Source: Acidimicrobiales bacterium
GTDB lineage: Bacteria; Actinomycetota; Acidimicrobiia; Acidimicrobiales; VFJN01
NCBI GenBank assembly: GCA_036279475.1
Contig: DASUJB010000147.1
Coordinates: 1,070 to 65,069 of the forward strand
Reading direction: 5' to 3'
DNA: 64,000 bases
Positions within the stretch are counted from its first letter, which is position 1. The number at the start of each line of letters is the position of its first letter. Below are positions 1 to 8,109 of this stretch, one piece after another. Below the pieces are notes generated by a model. It ran no database searches. It was not told the DNA's origin and saw only the letters and a list, made by a program, of their open reading frames with translations. The position numbers and the translations under genes were made by a program.

Positions 1-1
1 C

Positions 2-784
2 GACGCCCGCAACATCGCCACCTCCGCCGTGCTCGACGGCGACGAGTGGGTCATCAACGGCGAGAAGTACTACATCTCCGGCGCGGGCGACCCGCGCTGC
101 AAGGTCATGATCTGCATGGCGCGCACCAACCCCGACGCCGCTCCGCACCAGCAGCAGTCCCAGATCCTGGTGCCCATGGACGCCCCCGGCCTCGAGATCG
201 TCGGCCCCATGCTGGTGTTCGGCCACGACGACGCCCCTCACGGGCACATGCACCTCCGCCTGCACGACGTCCGGGTCCCGAGGGAGAACGTCCTGCTGGG
301 CGAGGGCCGGGGCTTCGAGATCAGCCAGATGCGCCTCGGCCCCGGCCGGATCCACCACTGCATGCGCTCGATCGGCGCTGCCGACCGTGCCCTGCAGCTC
401 ATGGTGGAGCGAGGCCTGGGGCGCACGGCGTTCGGGAAGCCGCTCATCGCCTTGGGGAAGAACACCGAGCTGGTGTCCCGAGCCCGCATCGAGATCGAGG
501 CCATGCGACTCATGGTCCTGCGGGCAGCCAAGGCCATGGACCTGATGGGCAACGCCGAGGCGCGGGTGTGGGTCAGCGCGGTGAAGGCCATGGTCCCCGA
601 GCGCGTCTGCACCATCATCGACCAGGCGATCCAGCTCCACGGCGCCGCCGGTGTCTCGCAGTGGACACCGCTCGCCGACATGTACACGGGTCTGCGGACG
701 TTGCGGTTGGCCGACGGCCCCGACGAGGTGCACCACATGGTGGTGGGGCGGGCGGAGATCGCCCGGTACCAGTCGCCGGCCTGA
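2..784 (+). CDS. acyl-CoA dehydrogenase family protein, C-terminal part (5' end outside window)
   Basis: The frame of ORF 29..784 stays open to the window edge. The translation (EWVINGEKYYISGAGDPRC ... IQLHGAAGVS ... LRLADGPDEVH) looks like the middle and C-terminal helical domains of FAD acyl-CoA dehydrogenases. Confidence 0.85.
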   Translation, partial: DARNIATSAVLDGDEWVINGEKYYISGAGDPRCKVMICMARTNPDAAPHQQQSQILVPMDAPGLEIVGPMLVFGHDDAPHGHMHLRLHDVRVPRENVLLGEGRGFEISQMRLGPGRIHHCMRSIGAADRALQLMVERGLGRTAFGKPLIALGKNTELVSRARIEIEAMRLMVLRAAKAMDLMGNAEARVWVSAVKAMVPERVCTIIDQAIQLHGAAGVSQWTPLADMYTGLRTLRLADGPDEVHHMVVGRAEIARYQSPA

Positions 785-792
785 CCGGTCGA

Positions 793-818
793 CCCTCTCC
801 CCTGACCGGGGGAGGGGG
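793..818 (+). terminator. GC-rich stem-loop just after the acyl-CoA dehydrogenase stop (possible intrinsic terminator)
   Basis: CCCTCTCCCC (793-802) pairs with GGGGGAGGGGG (808-818) around the loop TGACC, with one bulge and one G-U pair. It starts 9 nt after the TGA at 782-784. There is no U-tract. Confidence 0.3.
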
Positions 819-916
819 TGGCCGCCGCGTCGGTGCGCGAGCGATGGCGGTGGACGGCCAGCGGCCACAGTCGCACACTGGGTGCATCCAACCGGCGAAG
901 ACCGAGGGGGTGCCTG

Positions 917-1621
917 ATGGCGAGCCGCAACGGCCTACCCGACGTGGTCCCGCAGCTGTCGCGGGGCAAGCATCGCAGTCCCCGCAAGGGCGCCTGCTTC
1001 ATGGAGATGGCCTCGTACCTGGCCGGCGAGCGCTGGAGCGACCGTCCCCCGTGCACGCATCCGCTCCTGGCCGCCCTCGCCCGGCTGGTCAACGACCACA
1101 CCTCCGACGCGGCCCGCACCGAGCTGGCGCCGCTCGTGCCGTCCGTCATCGGCCTGCGAACCGACGATCCCCGGGTCGACGTGCGCATCGCCCTCCGGGC
1201 AGCCATCGCGGCCCTGCCCGTGGCCTCGGCGGAGCGGCAACGGGTGCTGGCGGTGTCCGTGCTGACCGCGGGCCGCGCCCTGTCCCAGGCCGGCGGCAGC
1301 GATCCGCTGATGGAGGGCGAGGCCCGAACCGCGCTCGAGGCCGCCCCCGCGGCGACCGCCTGGGCCACGCGCTTCATCGAGGAGATGCGGGCCAGCAGCA
1401 GGGGCTTCGGTCGGCACGCTGCCCCCAGCACCGTCCGCTACGCCGTGGTCGGCATCGCCGCCGCCTGCGTCGAGGACCCCGACGTCCGGCTGCGCCGGCT
1501 GCTGCGGGACGCCATCGACGACACGGCGCTGTTCGTCGACGCCCGCTCCGGGGTGCCCGGCGACGTCGACGAGGACCGCTGGCTGGCGGCCTGTCGCCTC
1601 ACGGGGGTGGCCGCCGGCTGA
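917..1621 (+). CDS. conserved hypothetical protein
   Basis: ORF 818..1621 trimmed to the ATG at 917, which follows GAGGGGG at 904-910. The coding-like N-terminus (GKHRSPRKGACFMEMASYLAGERWSD) recalls actinobacterial hypothetical proteins. I recognise no functional domain. Confidence 0.6.
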   Translation: MASRNGLPDVVPQLSRGKHRSPRKGACFMEMASYLAGERWSDRPPCTHPLLAALARLVNDHTSDAARTELAPLVPSVIGLRTDDPRVDVRIALRAAIAALPVASAERQRVLAVSVLTAGRALSQAGGSDPLMEGEARTALEAAPAATAWATRFIEEMRASSRGFGRHAAPSTVRYAVVGIAAACVEDPDVRLRRLLRDAIDDTALFVDARSGVPGDVDEDRWLAACRLTGVAAG

Positions 1622-2052
1622 CCGGTGGGCGCCCGACGCTGCTCCCGCTCGACGTGGGAGCGGCCAGCGACCTGGTCGACCTCGCACCACACCGACTTCG
1701 CCGCGCCGTGGCGGTCGACCCCCCACCGGCGGGCCAGGCAGGCGACCAGGTGGAGGCCCAGGCCGCCCACTCGGCTGGGGTCGAGCTCCCGGGGCCGAGG
1801 GACCGACCCGGGGGCGCCGTCGACCACCTCCAACCGCAACGACGCGTCCCCCGCCCGCAGGTGCACGGTCGACGCCGTCCGGGCGTGGACCACGGCGTTG
1901 GCGACGAGCTCGGACACGGCGAGCTGAGCCCGCTCGACGTCCCCCTCGGCCCATCCCCGGCGGCGGAGGGCGGAGGAGACCCGCCGCCGTGCCGAGCGGA
2001 CGGCGGCGGTGTCGCAACCCACCCAGATCGTCTCTTCGTACACGTCGTCCAT
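1438..2052 (-). CDS. ATP-binding anti-sigma regulatory factor-like protein (HATPase_c, RsbW/SpoIIAB-type)
   Basis: ORF 1438..2124 trimmed to the ATG at 2052 (MDDVYEETIW). It has the motifs ELVANAVVHA and GGLGLHLV typical of small GHKL-fold serine kinases. The roughly 77-aa Ser/Arg-rich tail is antisense to the neighbouring gene. Confidence 0.6.
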   Translation of the reverse strand: MDDVYEETIWVGCDTAAVRSARRRVSSALRRRGWAEGDVERAQLAVSELVANAVVHARTASTVHLRAGDASLRLEVVDGAPGSVPRPRELDPSRVGGLGLHLVACLARRWGVDRHGAAKSVWCEVDQVAGRSHVEREQRRAPTGQPAATPVRRQAASQRSSSTSPGTPERASTNSAVSSMASRSSRRSRTSGSSTQAAAMPTTA

Positions 2053-2198
2053 GGTCCCCACCGTGGTTCGGCCGCCGTCCCTACTCGTGGCCCACCCAGG
2101 GATACCCTGCGTGGCGCCGACCAAACAGGAGGGGCCCCGGGTGGACGCCCCCGGGCCCGAGCGGGTGGACGACGGGGCGAGGTGCCCGGGAGGTAGCA

Positions 2199-2483
2199 GT
2201 GGACGAGGACAAGGTGTGGGACGGCGTGGCGACGATGGCCGCCGTCGGCGCGGTGGCGATGACGAGGCCGCTCATCGAGCGGGCCTGGCGTGCCGCCTTC
2301 CGTGCGGAGCCCCCGGGCAACCCGGCCCACGAGGACGTCGCCTGGCGCGACGCGCTCCTGTGGGCGGTGCTCACCGGGGCCGTGGTGGGCCTCGTGCGCC
2401 TGGTGGCTCAGCGGGTGGCGGCGGGTGCCTGGGCCAAGGCCCGCGGCGGCTACCCCAGGGCGCTGGCCTCGACCCGTCCGTGA
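2199..2483 (+). CDS. DUF4235-like small protein
   Basis: This is the C-terminal part of ORF 1989..2483, with a GTG at 2199 preceded by GGGAGG at 2187-2192. RAWRAAFRAEPPGNPAHEDVAWRDALLWAVLTGAVVGLVRLV resembles the DUF4235 pattern. The start is uncertain. Confidence 0.55.
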   Translation: MDEDKVWDGVATMAAVGAVAMTRPLIERAWRAAFRAEPPGNPAHEDVAWRDALLWAVLTGAVVGLVRLVAQRVAAGAWAKARGGYPRALASTRP

Positions 2484-2590
2484 GGCGCAGGCCCGGCGGG
2501 GTCCCGCCCGCCCGGTGCCGCCTGGACCGGTCGAGTCCGGAGGCCGGCCACCACGGCGAGGATCTCACGCCGCGGCGGCCGGCTGACCAG

Positions 2591-2672
2591 TGGGCCGGGG
2601 AGGATTCGAACCTCCGAAGGCGATGCCGGCAGATTTACAGTCTGCTCCCTTTGGCCGCTCGGGCACCGACCC
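2591..2672 (-). tRNA. tRNA-Tyr (anticodon GTA), long variable arm, CCA not encoded
   Basis: The minus-strand sequence folds by hand as acceptor GGGTCGG/CCGGCCC (one G-U pair), anticodon stem-loop GCAGA-CTGTAAA-TCTGC, long variable arm, T arm GGAGG-TTCGAAT-CCTCC and discriminator A. Confidence 0.9.
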
Positions 2673-2761
2673 GGGAGGCGACACCGTAGCGCCCGACCGC
2701 CGGCGTCACCACACGGCGACGTGGGTGACGCCGGAGGTGGGACCGCCCTACCCTCGGCCTC

Positions 2762-3250
2762 ATGCCCAGCTTCGACGTCGTCTCCGAGATCGACATGCAG
2801 GAGGTCCGCAACGCGGTCGACCAGGCGTCCCGCGAGGTCGCCAACCGGTTCGACTTCAAGGGCACCGACAGCTCCGTCGAGCTCGGCGACCACGTCATCG
2901 TCCTCCGCAGCGTCAGCGAGGACCGGATCGGCGCCCTGCGCCAGGTGCTGGAGGAGAAGCTGGTGCGGCGCAAGGTGTCGCTCAAGGCACTCGACCACCA
3001 GAAGGTGGAGGAGGCCGCGGGTGGCACCGTTCGCCAACAGGTCGACCTGGTCGCCGGGATCTCGCGCGACAAGGCCACCGCCATCAACAAGTTCCTCAAG
3101 GGCCTCGGCCTCAAGGGGGTGCAGAGCCAGGTGCAGGGCGACCGGCTCCGGGTGTCGGGCAAGAAGCGGGACGACCTCCAGGCTGCCATCCAGGCCCTGC
3201 GCGAGCACGACTTCGGCCTGCCGCTGCAGTTCGACAACTTCCGGGACTGA
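2762..3250 (+). CDS. yajQ: YajQ family (UPF0234) nucleotide/c-di-GMP-binding protein
   Basis: 162 aa. MPSFDVVSEIDMQEVRNAVDQASREVANRFDFKG is the hallmark YajQ N-terminus, and the similarity runs the full length. Confidence 0.9.
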   Translation: MPSFDVVSEIDMQEVRNAVDQASREVANRFDFKGTDSSVELGDHVIVLRSVSEDRIGALRQVLEEKLVRRKVSLKALDHQKVEEAAGGTVRQQVDLVAGISRDKATAINKFLKGLGLKGVQSQVQGDRLRVSGKKRDDLQAAIQALREHDFGLPLQFDNFRD

Positions 3251-3298
3251 CGCCCCTGCCATGGGGAGCGTCGGGCCACCGCCGCGGGCGCCGGTGCG

Positions 3299-4153
3299 TC
3301 AGCGCCAGTCGCCGCTGCGCAGCCGGGCCACCCGATCCTCGGTGGTGGGATGGGTCCGCCACAGGTTGGCGAAGCTCATCTTGCGCCCCGACAACGGGTT
3401 GACGATGAACGCCGAGGCATGGGCCGGGTCGATGTCCATCGGGATCCGGCGGGCACCGACCTCCAGCTTCTGCAGAGCTCTCGCCAGCGGCTCGCCGTCA
3501 CCGATCAGGCGGGCGCCGCTGCGGTCGGCCTCGAACTCGCGGCTGCGGCTGATGGCCATCTGCAGCAGGCCGGCGGCGAGCGGGGCGAGGAGGGCCATGG
3601 CGAGGAGGGCGATGGGGTTGGGGCCGTCCTCGTCGCGTCCGCCGAAGAAGGCGGAGAACTGCAGGAAGTTGGCCACCAGGGTGATGCCCATGGCGATGGC
3701 AGCCGCCACCGACCCGATGAGGATGTCGCGGTTGCCCACGTGGCTGAGCTCGTGGGCGAGCACGCCACGGAGCTCGTCCCAGTCGAGGATGCGGAGGATC
3801 CCCCGCGTCACCGCCACCGCGGCGTGCTCGGGGTTGCGGCCGGTGGCGAAGGCGTTGGGCTGCTCGTCGGGCGTGACGTACAGCTTGGGCATGGGCATGC
3901 CCGCCTGCTGGGTGAGCTGGCGCACGACGGCGTAGTACTCGGGCATCTGCGCCTCGGTCACGGGCTGCGCCCGTGCGGCACGGATGGCGAGCTTGTCGCT
4001 GTTCCAGTACGAGAAGCCCACGAACGCGACGCCGAGCGCGAACCCGATGAGCGCCCCGTTGCCGCCCCAGATCGCCCCGCCGACGACGACGAGGATCCCG
4101 CCCAGCCCGGCGAGGAGGACGACGGTCTTGAAGGTGTTCTTCACGAGGTTCAC
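3299..4153 (-). CDS. htpX: zinc metalloprotease HtpX (M48 family)
   Basis: ORF 3299..4201 trimmed to the GTG at 4153 (VNLVKNTFKTV). It has the HELSHV zinc motif, a downstream EFEAD, and N-terminal TM helices. Confidence 0.9.
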   Translation of the reverse strand: MNLVKNTFKTVVLLAGLGGILVVVGGAIWGGNGALIGFALGVAFVGFSYWNSDKLAIRAARAQPVTEAQMPEYYAVVRQLTQQAGMPMPKLYVTPDEQPNAFATGRNPEHAAVAVTRGILRILDWDELRGVLAHELSHVGNRDILIGSVAAAIAMGITLVANFLQFSAFFGGRDEDGPNPIALLAMALLAPLAAGLLQMAISRSREFEADRSGARLIGDGEPLARALQKLEVGARRIPMDIDPAHASAFIVNPLSGRKMSFANLWRTHPTTEDRVARLRSGDWR

Positions 4154-4253
4154 GCTAGCGGCAGGGCCTGGGAAGCACCTGGGAGGGCCCTGGCGCGGCA
4201 CGCCTTGGCCGGTGGGCCGGCACCACCCTCCCCTCGGCGGCCCCGGACGTGCC

Positions 4254-4751
4254 TCAGTCGTAGTAGCCGGAGTGGATGTAGACGCAGGGGACGCCCTCGG
4301 CGTGGAACATGTCGACGTTGCGCCGGTCGTCCTCGAAGGCGAGGCGCAGGTCGAACCCGGCCTCCCGCAGCTCGTCCACGGTGTCGCGCTTGAAGGCCCG
4401 GGACGTGGAGTGGTCGCCGTGGTCGCGCATCACCAGCAGGTCCCAGCGGAGGCCGTAGCGGTCGAGCCAGGCCACGGTCTGCGGACGGACCCGGAGCGGG
4501 CGGGCGGTCAGGAGCACCACGCCCACGGCCGGGTCCAACAGGTCGAGCAGCCGCGCCGTCTCGTCGATGGGCGCGTCGTCGCCGCAGGCGGCGAAGAAGG
4601 CATCCCAGTCCCGCCGCGGCGCCGCGAGGAAGTGCTGTCGGCTGGAGGCGTCGGACAGGACCCCGTCCACGTCGAACACGACCGCCTGGCCACGCGGTGG
4701 TGGCGGGTCCTGGCGCCAGGTCCAGTTGGGCGGCATCCGGTCGCGGTCCAC
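4254..4751 (-). CDS. HAD-superfamily phosphatase-like protein
   Basis: 165 aa. It carries the VVFDVDGVL motif I and a later FEDD acidic motif. The start is GTG at 4751, with an alternative ATG at 4736. Confidence 0.6.
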   Translation of the reverse strand: MDRDRMPPNWTWRQDPPPPRGQAVVFDVDGVLSDASSRQHFLAAPRRDWDAFFAACGDDAPIDETARLLDLLDPAVGVVLLTARPLRVRPQTVAWLDRYGLRWDLLVMRDHGDHSTSRAFKRDTVDELREAGFDLRLAFEDDRRNVDMFHAEGVPCVYIHSGYYD

Positions 4752-4804
4752 CGCCCGAACCTACCGGCGCCGGCCGGGGGGCGAGCTCCCGGGGCGCCGG
4801 GCGG

Positions 4805-6796
4805 TCACTCCTCCGAGGGCTGGGCCTGCGCCCGCCGCCGGATCTCGTCGACCACCGCGGGATCGGCCAGGGTGGTGGTGTCGCCCAGGTCCCGGCCCTC
4901 GGCGACGTCACGCAACAGCCGTCGCATGATCTTGCCCGAGCGGGTCTTGGGCAGCTCCTCGGTGAAGACCACCAGCTTGGGTCGCGCGGTGGGCCCGATC
5001 TTCCGGGCCACGTGGCCGCGCAGCTCCTCCCCCAGCGCCGGGGTGGCATCGACGCCACCCCGCACGGTGACGAAGGCGACGATGGCCTGGCCGGTCAGCG
5101 GATCCGTGGCGCCGCAGACGGCGGACTCGGCCACGGCCGGGTGGTCGACCAGGGCCGACTCGACCTCGGTGGTGGAGATCCGATGGCCGGACACGTTCAT
5201 CACGTCGTCGACCCGGCCGAGCAGCCACAGGTAGCCCTCATCGTCCACCTTGCACCCGTCGCCGGCGAAGTAGCGGTCGCCGAACCGTGCCCAGTAGGTG
5301 TCGCGGTAGCGGTCGGGGTCGCCGTAGATGCCCCGGAGCATCGAGGGCCAGGGGCGGGTGAGCGTGAGGTAGCCGCCACCCTTCTCGACCCGGGCACCGT
5401 CGTTGTCGACCACCTCGGCAGCGATGCCGGGGAGCGGGAAGGTGGCCGACCCCGGCTTGAGGGTGGTGACGCCGGGCAGGGGCGCGATCATGATGGCGCC
5501 CGTCTCCGTCTGCCACCACGTGTCGACGATCGGGCACCGGCCCCCGCCGATGTGGGTGTGGTACCACATCCACGCCTCGGGGTTGATGGGCTCGCCCACC
5601 GATCCCAGCAGGCGGAGCTTGGACAGGTCGTGGCGCGCCGGCTCCTGCTCCCCCCACTTCATGAACGTGCGGATCGTGGTGGGGGCCGTGTACAGGATGG
5701 TGACCCCGTAGCGCTCGGCCACCTCCCACAGGCGGTCCTTGCCGGGGGTGTCCGGCGTGCCCTCGTAGATGACGCTGGTGGCACCGTTGGCCAGGGGGCC
5801 GTAGACGATGTAGCTGTGGCCCGTCACCCAGCCGATGTCCGCCGAGCACCAGTAGACGTCGGTCTCCGGCTGCAGGTCGAAGACGTACCGGTGGGTGAAG
5901 GCGACCTGGGTGAGGTAGCCACCGGTGGTGTGCATGATGCCCTTGGGCTTCGCCGTCGTGCCCGACGTGTAGAGCAGGTAGAGGAGGTCCTCGCTGTCCA
6001 TCCGCTCGGGCTCACACACCGGTGCGGCCTCGGCCATGAGGTCGTGGAACCACAGGTCGCGGCCGTCGGTCATGTCGACGGCCACGTCTGCGTCGGGGTG
6101 GCTGGACACCCGGTCGACCACCACGACGTGCTCGATCGACGGGGTGGAGGCCAGCGCCACGTCGGCCGTGGGCTTGAGCAGGTGGGCCTGGCCGCGTCGG
6201 AAGCCCCCGTCGGCGGTGACGAGCACCTTGCAGGCGGCATCGTTGATGCGGTCGACGAGCGAGTCGGCGGAGAACCCGCCGAAGACCACCGAGTGGGGGG
6301 CGCCGATCCGGGCGCAGGCCAGCATGGCCACCGGCAGCTCCGGGATCATCGGCATGTAGATGGCGACCCGGTCGCCCTTGCCGACGCCCAGCCCCTTCAG
6401 GGCGTTGGCGAAGCGCTGCACGTCGGCCAGGAGGTCGGCGTAGGTGACGGTGCGCCGGTCGCCGGGCTCCCCCTCCCAGTAGTAGGCGACACGGGCGCCG
6501 TGCCCCGCCTCGACGTGGCGGTCGAGGCAGTTGTACGCGACGTTGAGCGTGCCACCCAAGAACCACTTGGCGAACGGCAGGTCCCAGTCGAGGACGGTGT
6601 GCCAGTGGTCGTACCACGACACCAGCTCGGACGCCTGGCGTGCCCAGAAGCCCTGCCAGTCGGCTTCGGCCTCGTCGTAGATCCCCGGGTCCCTGACCAG
6701 GGCACGGGCCGCGAAGTCGGCCGGGGGCGGGAACGTGCGATCCTCGCTGAGGTAGTCCTCGATCGCCGCGCCGTCAGCCTGCGGATCGGATGGCAT
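4805..6796 (-). CDS. acs: acetyl-CoA synthetase (AMP-forming)
   Basis: The 1006-aa ORF 4805..7825 was trimmed to the ATG at 6796, giving 663 aa. The protein is Acs-like along its length (WYDHWHTVLDWDLPFAKWF, YTSGTTAKPKG, WWQTETG, PKTRSGKIMRR). Confidence 0.95.
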   Translation of the reverse strand: MPSDPQADGAAIEDYLSEDRTFPPPADFAARALVRDPGIYDEAEADWQGFWARQASELVSWYDHWHTVLDWDLPFAKWFLGGTLNVAYNCLDRHVEAGHGARVAYYWEGEPGDRRTVTYADLLADVQRFANALKGLGVGKGDRVAIYMPMIPELPVAMLACARIGAPHSVVFGGFSADSLVDRINDAACKVLVTADGGFRRGQAHLLKPTADVALASTPSIEHVVVVDRVSSHPDADVAVDMTDGRDLWFHDLMAEAAPVCEPERMDSEDLLYLLYTSGTTAKPKGIMHTTGGYLTQVAFTHRYVFDLQPETDVYWCSADIGWVTGHSYIVYGPLANGATSVIYEGTPDTPGKDRLWEVAERYGVTILYTAPTTIRTFMKWGEQEPARHDLSKLRLLGSVGEPINPEAWMWYHTHIGGGRCPIVDTWWQTETGAIMIAPLPGVTTLKPGSATFPLPGIAAEVVDNDGARVEKGGGYLTLTRPWPSMLRGIYGDPDRYRDTYWARFGDRYFAGDGCKVDDEGYLWLLGRVDDVMNVSGHRISTTEVESALVDHPAVAESAVCGATDPLTGQAIVAFVTVRGGVDATPALGEELRGHVARKIGPTARPKLVVFTEELPKTRSGKIMRRLLRDVAEGRDLGDTTTLADPAVVDEIRRRAQAQPSEE

Positions 6797-6833
6797 CGCC
6801 ACTTCCCCTCGTTCGTGGACCGACGGAGCGAGC

Positions 6834-8033
6834 CTACCCGCCCTCGCCCGGGGCCTCGCCGGGCGCCCACTCGAGCACCCTGAAGCCGCCCAGGCCCCCC
6901 CGGTCGGTGAGGGCGGCGGCCTCGAGCACCCGGCTGCGGGCGGCCAGGGCCGCCAGGTCGCCGACGTGGGCGCGCTCCTGCCACGTCGACCTCGCCTCGC
7001 CCACCAGGTCGTCCAGGCCGTGCCGTGCCAACCAGTCGGCCTGGGACCGGTCGGAGGTGGGCGGCCGGACCAGCGCGAGCTGGTCGACCGCCACCTCGCA
7101 CGTGACGTCCTGGCGGCCGAGGTCGTCGAGCGGTCCGCCGGCACGGCCGTGCGCCCGGTAGGTCCGGAGCCACTCGCCCTGCGGCCGGGTCGCCATGTCG
7201 GCCGTGGTGGTGACGTAGTCCACGACCACCACCCGACCGCCGGCTCCGGCGACGGCCAGCGCCTCGCGCAACCAGGACCGGGCCGCCTCCTGCAGGGCCA
7301 CCCGTGCCCCCTCGGCCGCCACGGGGACCAGCCGATCGAGTGCCGCGGACCGGCGGGCGTCGAGGGGCACCGCCCTCTCCGCGAGGCGGGGCCCACCACG
7401 ACCGGTGGCCAGGTCGACCCGGACCTCGTCCCAACGATCCACCGACCGCTGGGCCAGGCCGAAGGGGAGGTCGTCGAGCAGCTCGTTGGCCAGCACCACC
7501 GCCGGTCCCGCCACCCGAGGCAGGTCGGCGAGGCTGACGCACAGCGGACCGGCGGGACCGCCGGCCACCGGCGATCCGGTGTCCGGATCGACGGGCGGGA
7601 AGGCCAGCGCCGGGTCCTCCACCGGGAGGTGGCGGGCGTGCAGCCGTCGCTGGGCCACCGACCGCTCGACCAGGACGTAGCGCAGGGCGGTGGCGCAGGC
7701 GGGCGCGGCCGCCAGGACCGTCCGTGCCAGCGTGCCCGGTCCGGCCCCGGCCTCGACGACCACGTACGGCGACGGCCGGCCGAGCTGGTACCACCACTGG
7801 TCGAGCGCTCGGGCCACCACGCCACCGAAGAGGGGGCCGACCTCCGGGCTGGTCAGGAAGTCGCCCGACCGGCCGCCGGCCCGGCCACCCCTCTCGTAGA
7901 AGCCGGCGCCGGGCTGGTACAGCGCCAGCTCGAGCACCCGGTCGAAGGGCAGCGGGCCGTGCCGCCGGATCTCGGCGGCGACCGCCGCCTCCACGCCGGA
8001 GACCGGCGGGTCGGGCACGCTCACCGGCGCCAC
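6834..8033 (-). CDS. class I SAM-dependent methyltransferase, NDUFAF7/MidA (DUF185) family
   Basis: 399 aa. LYQPGAGFYERGG ... SGDFLTSPEVGPLFGG ... VVEAGAGPGTLA matches the DUF185/MidA signature. It lies 76 bp downstream of nuoN of operon 1. Confidence 0.75.
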   Translation of the reverse strand: MAPVSVPDPPVSGVEAAVAAEIRRHGPLPFDRVLELALYQPGAGFYERGGRAGGRSGDFLTSPEVGPLFGGVVARALDQWWYQLGRPSPYVVVEAGAGPGTLARTVLAAAPACATALRYVLVERSVAQRRLHARHLPVEDPALAFPPVDPDTGSPVAGGPAGPLCVSLADLPRVAGPAVVLANELLDDLPFGLAQRSVDRWDEVRVDLATGRGGPRLAERAVPLDARRSAALDRLVPVAAEGARVALQEAARSWLREALAVAGAGGRVVVVDYVTTTADMATRPQGEWLRTYRAHGRAGGPLDDLGRQDVTCEVAVDQLALVRPPTSDRSQADWLARHGLDDLVGEARSTWQERAHVGDLAALAARSRVLEAAALTDRGGLGGFRVLEWAPGEAPGEGG

Positions 8034-8109
8034 CGGCCCGTGGGGGGAGCGGTGCCGGGAGCGGGCGCCACCGGCGCGGCCCCCGCCCTCCGGTGGCGGC
8101 CCCCGGCCG

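Noticed and set aside
46-2196. 716-aa ORF on the plus strand spanning the first 2 kb
   Set aside because: The translation is an Arg/Pro/Gly/Ala-rich low-complexity string with no domain features. It runs out of frame or antisense over the acyl-CoA dehydrogenase, the 917-1621 gene and the RsbW-like gene. This is a typical stop-codon-poor artefact of very high G+C.
4805-7825. A 1006-aa 'fusion' ORF suggesting Acs with a 343-aa N-terminal extension; similar over-extensions occur at 22567..25125, 29447..32608, 56857..59475 and 62105..63940
   Set aside because: The upstream parts are out-of-frame readings of the neighbouring genes (for example the MidA-like gene). The conserved protein begins at an internal ATG or GTG that is coupled to, or just downstream of, the preceding gene's stop.
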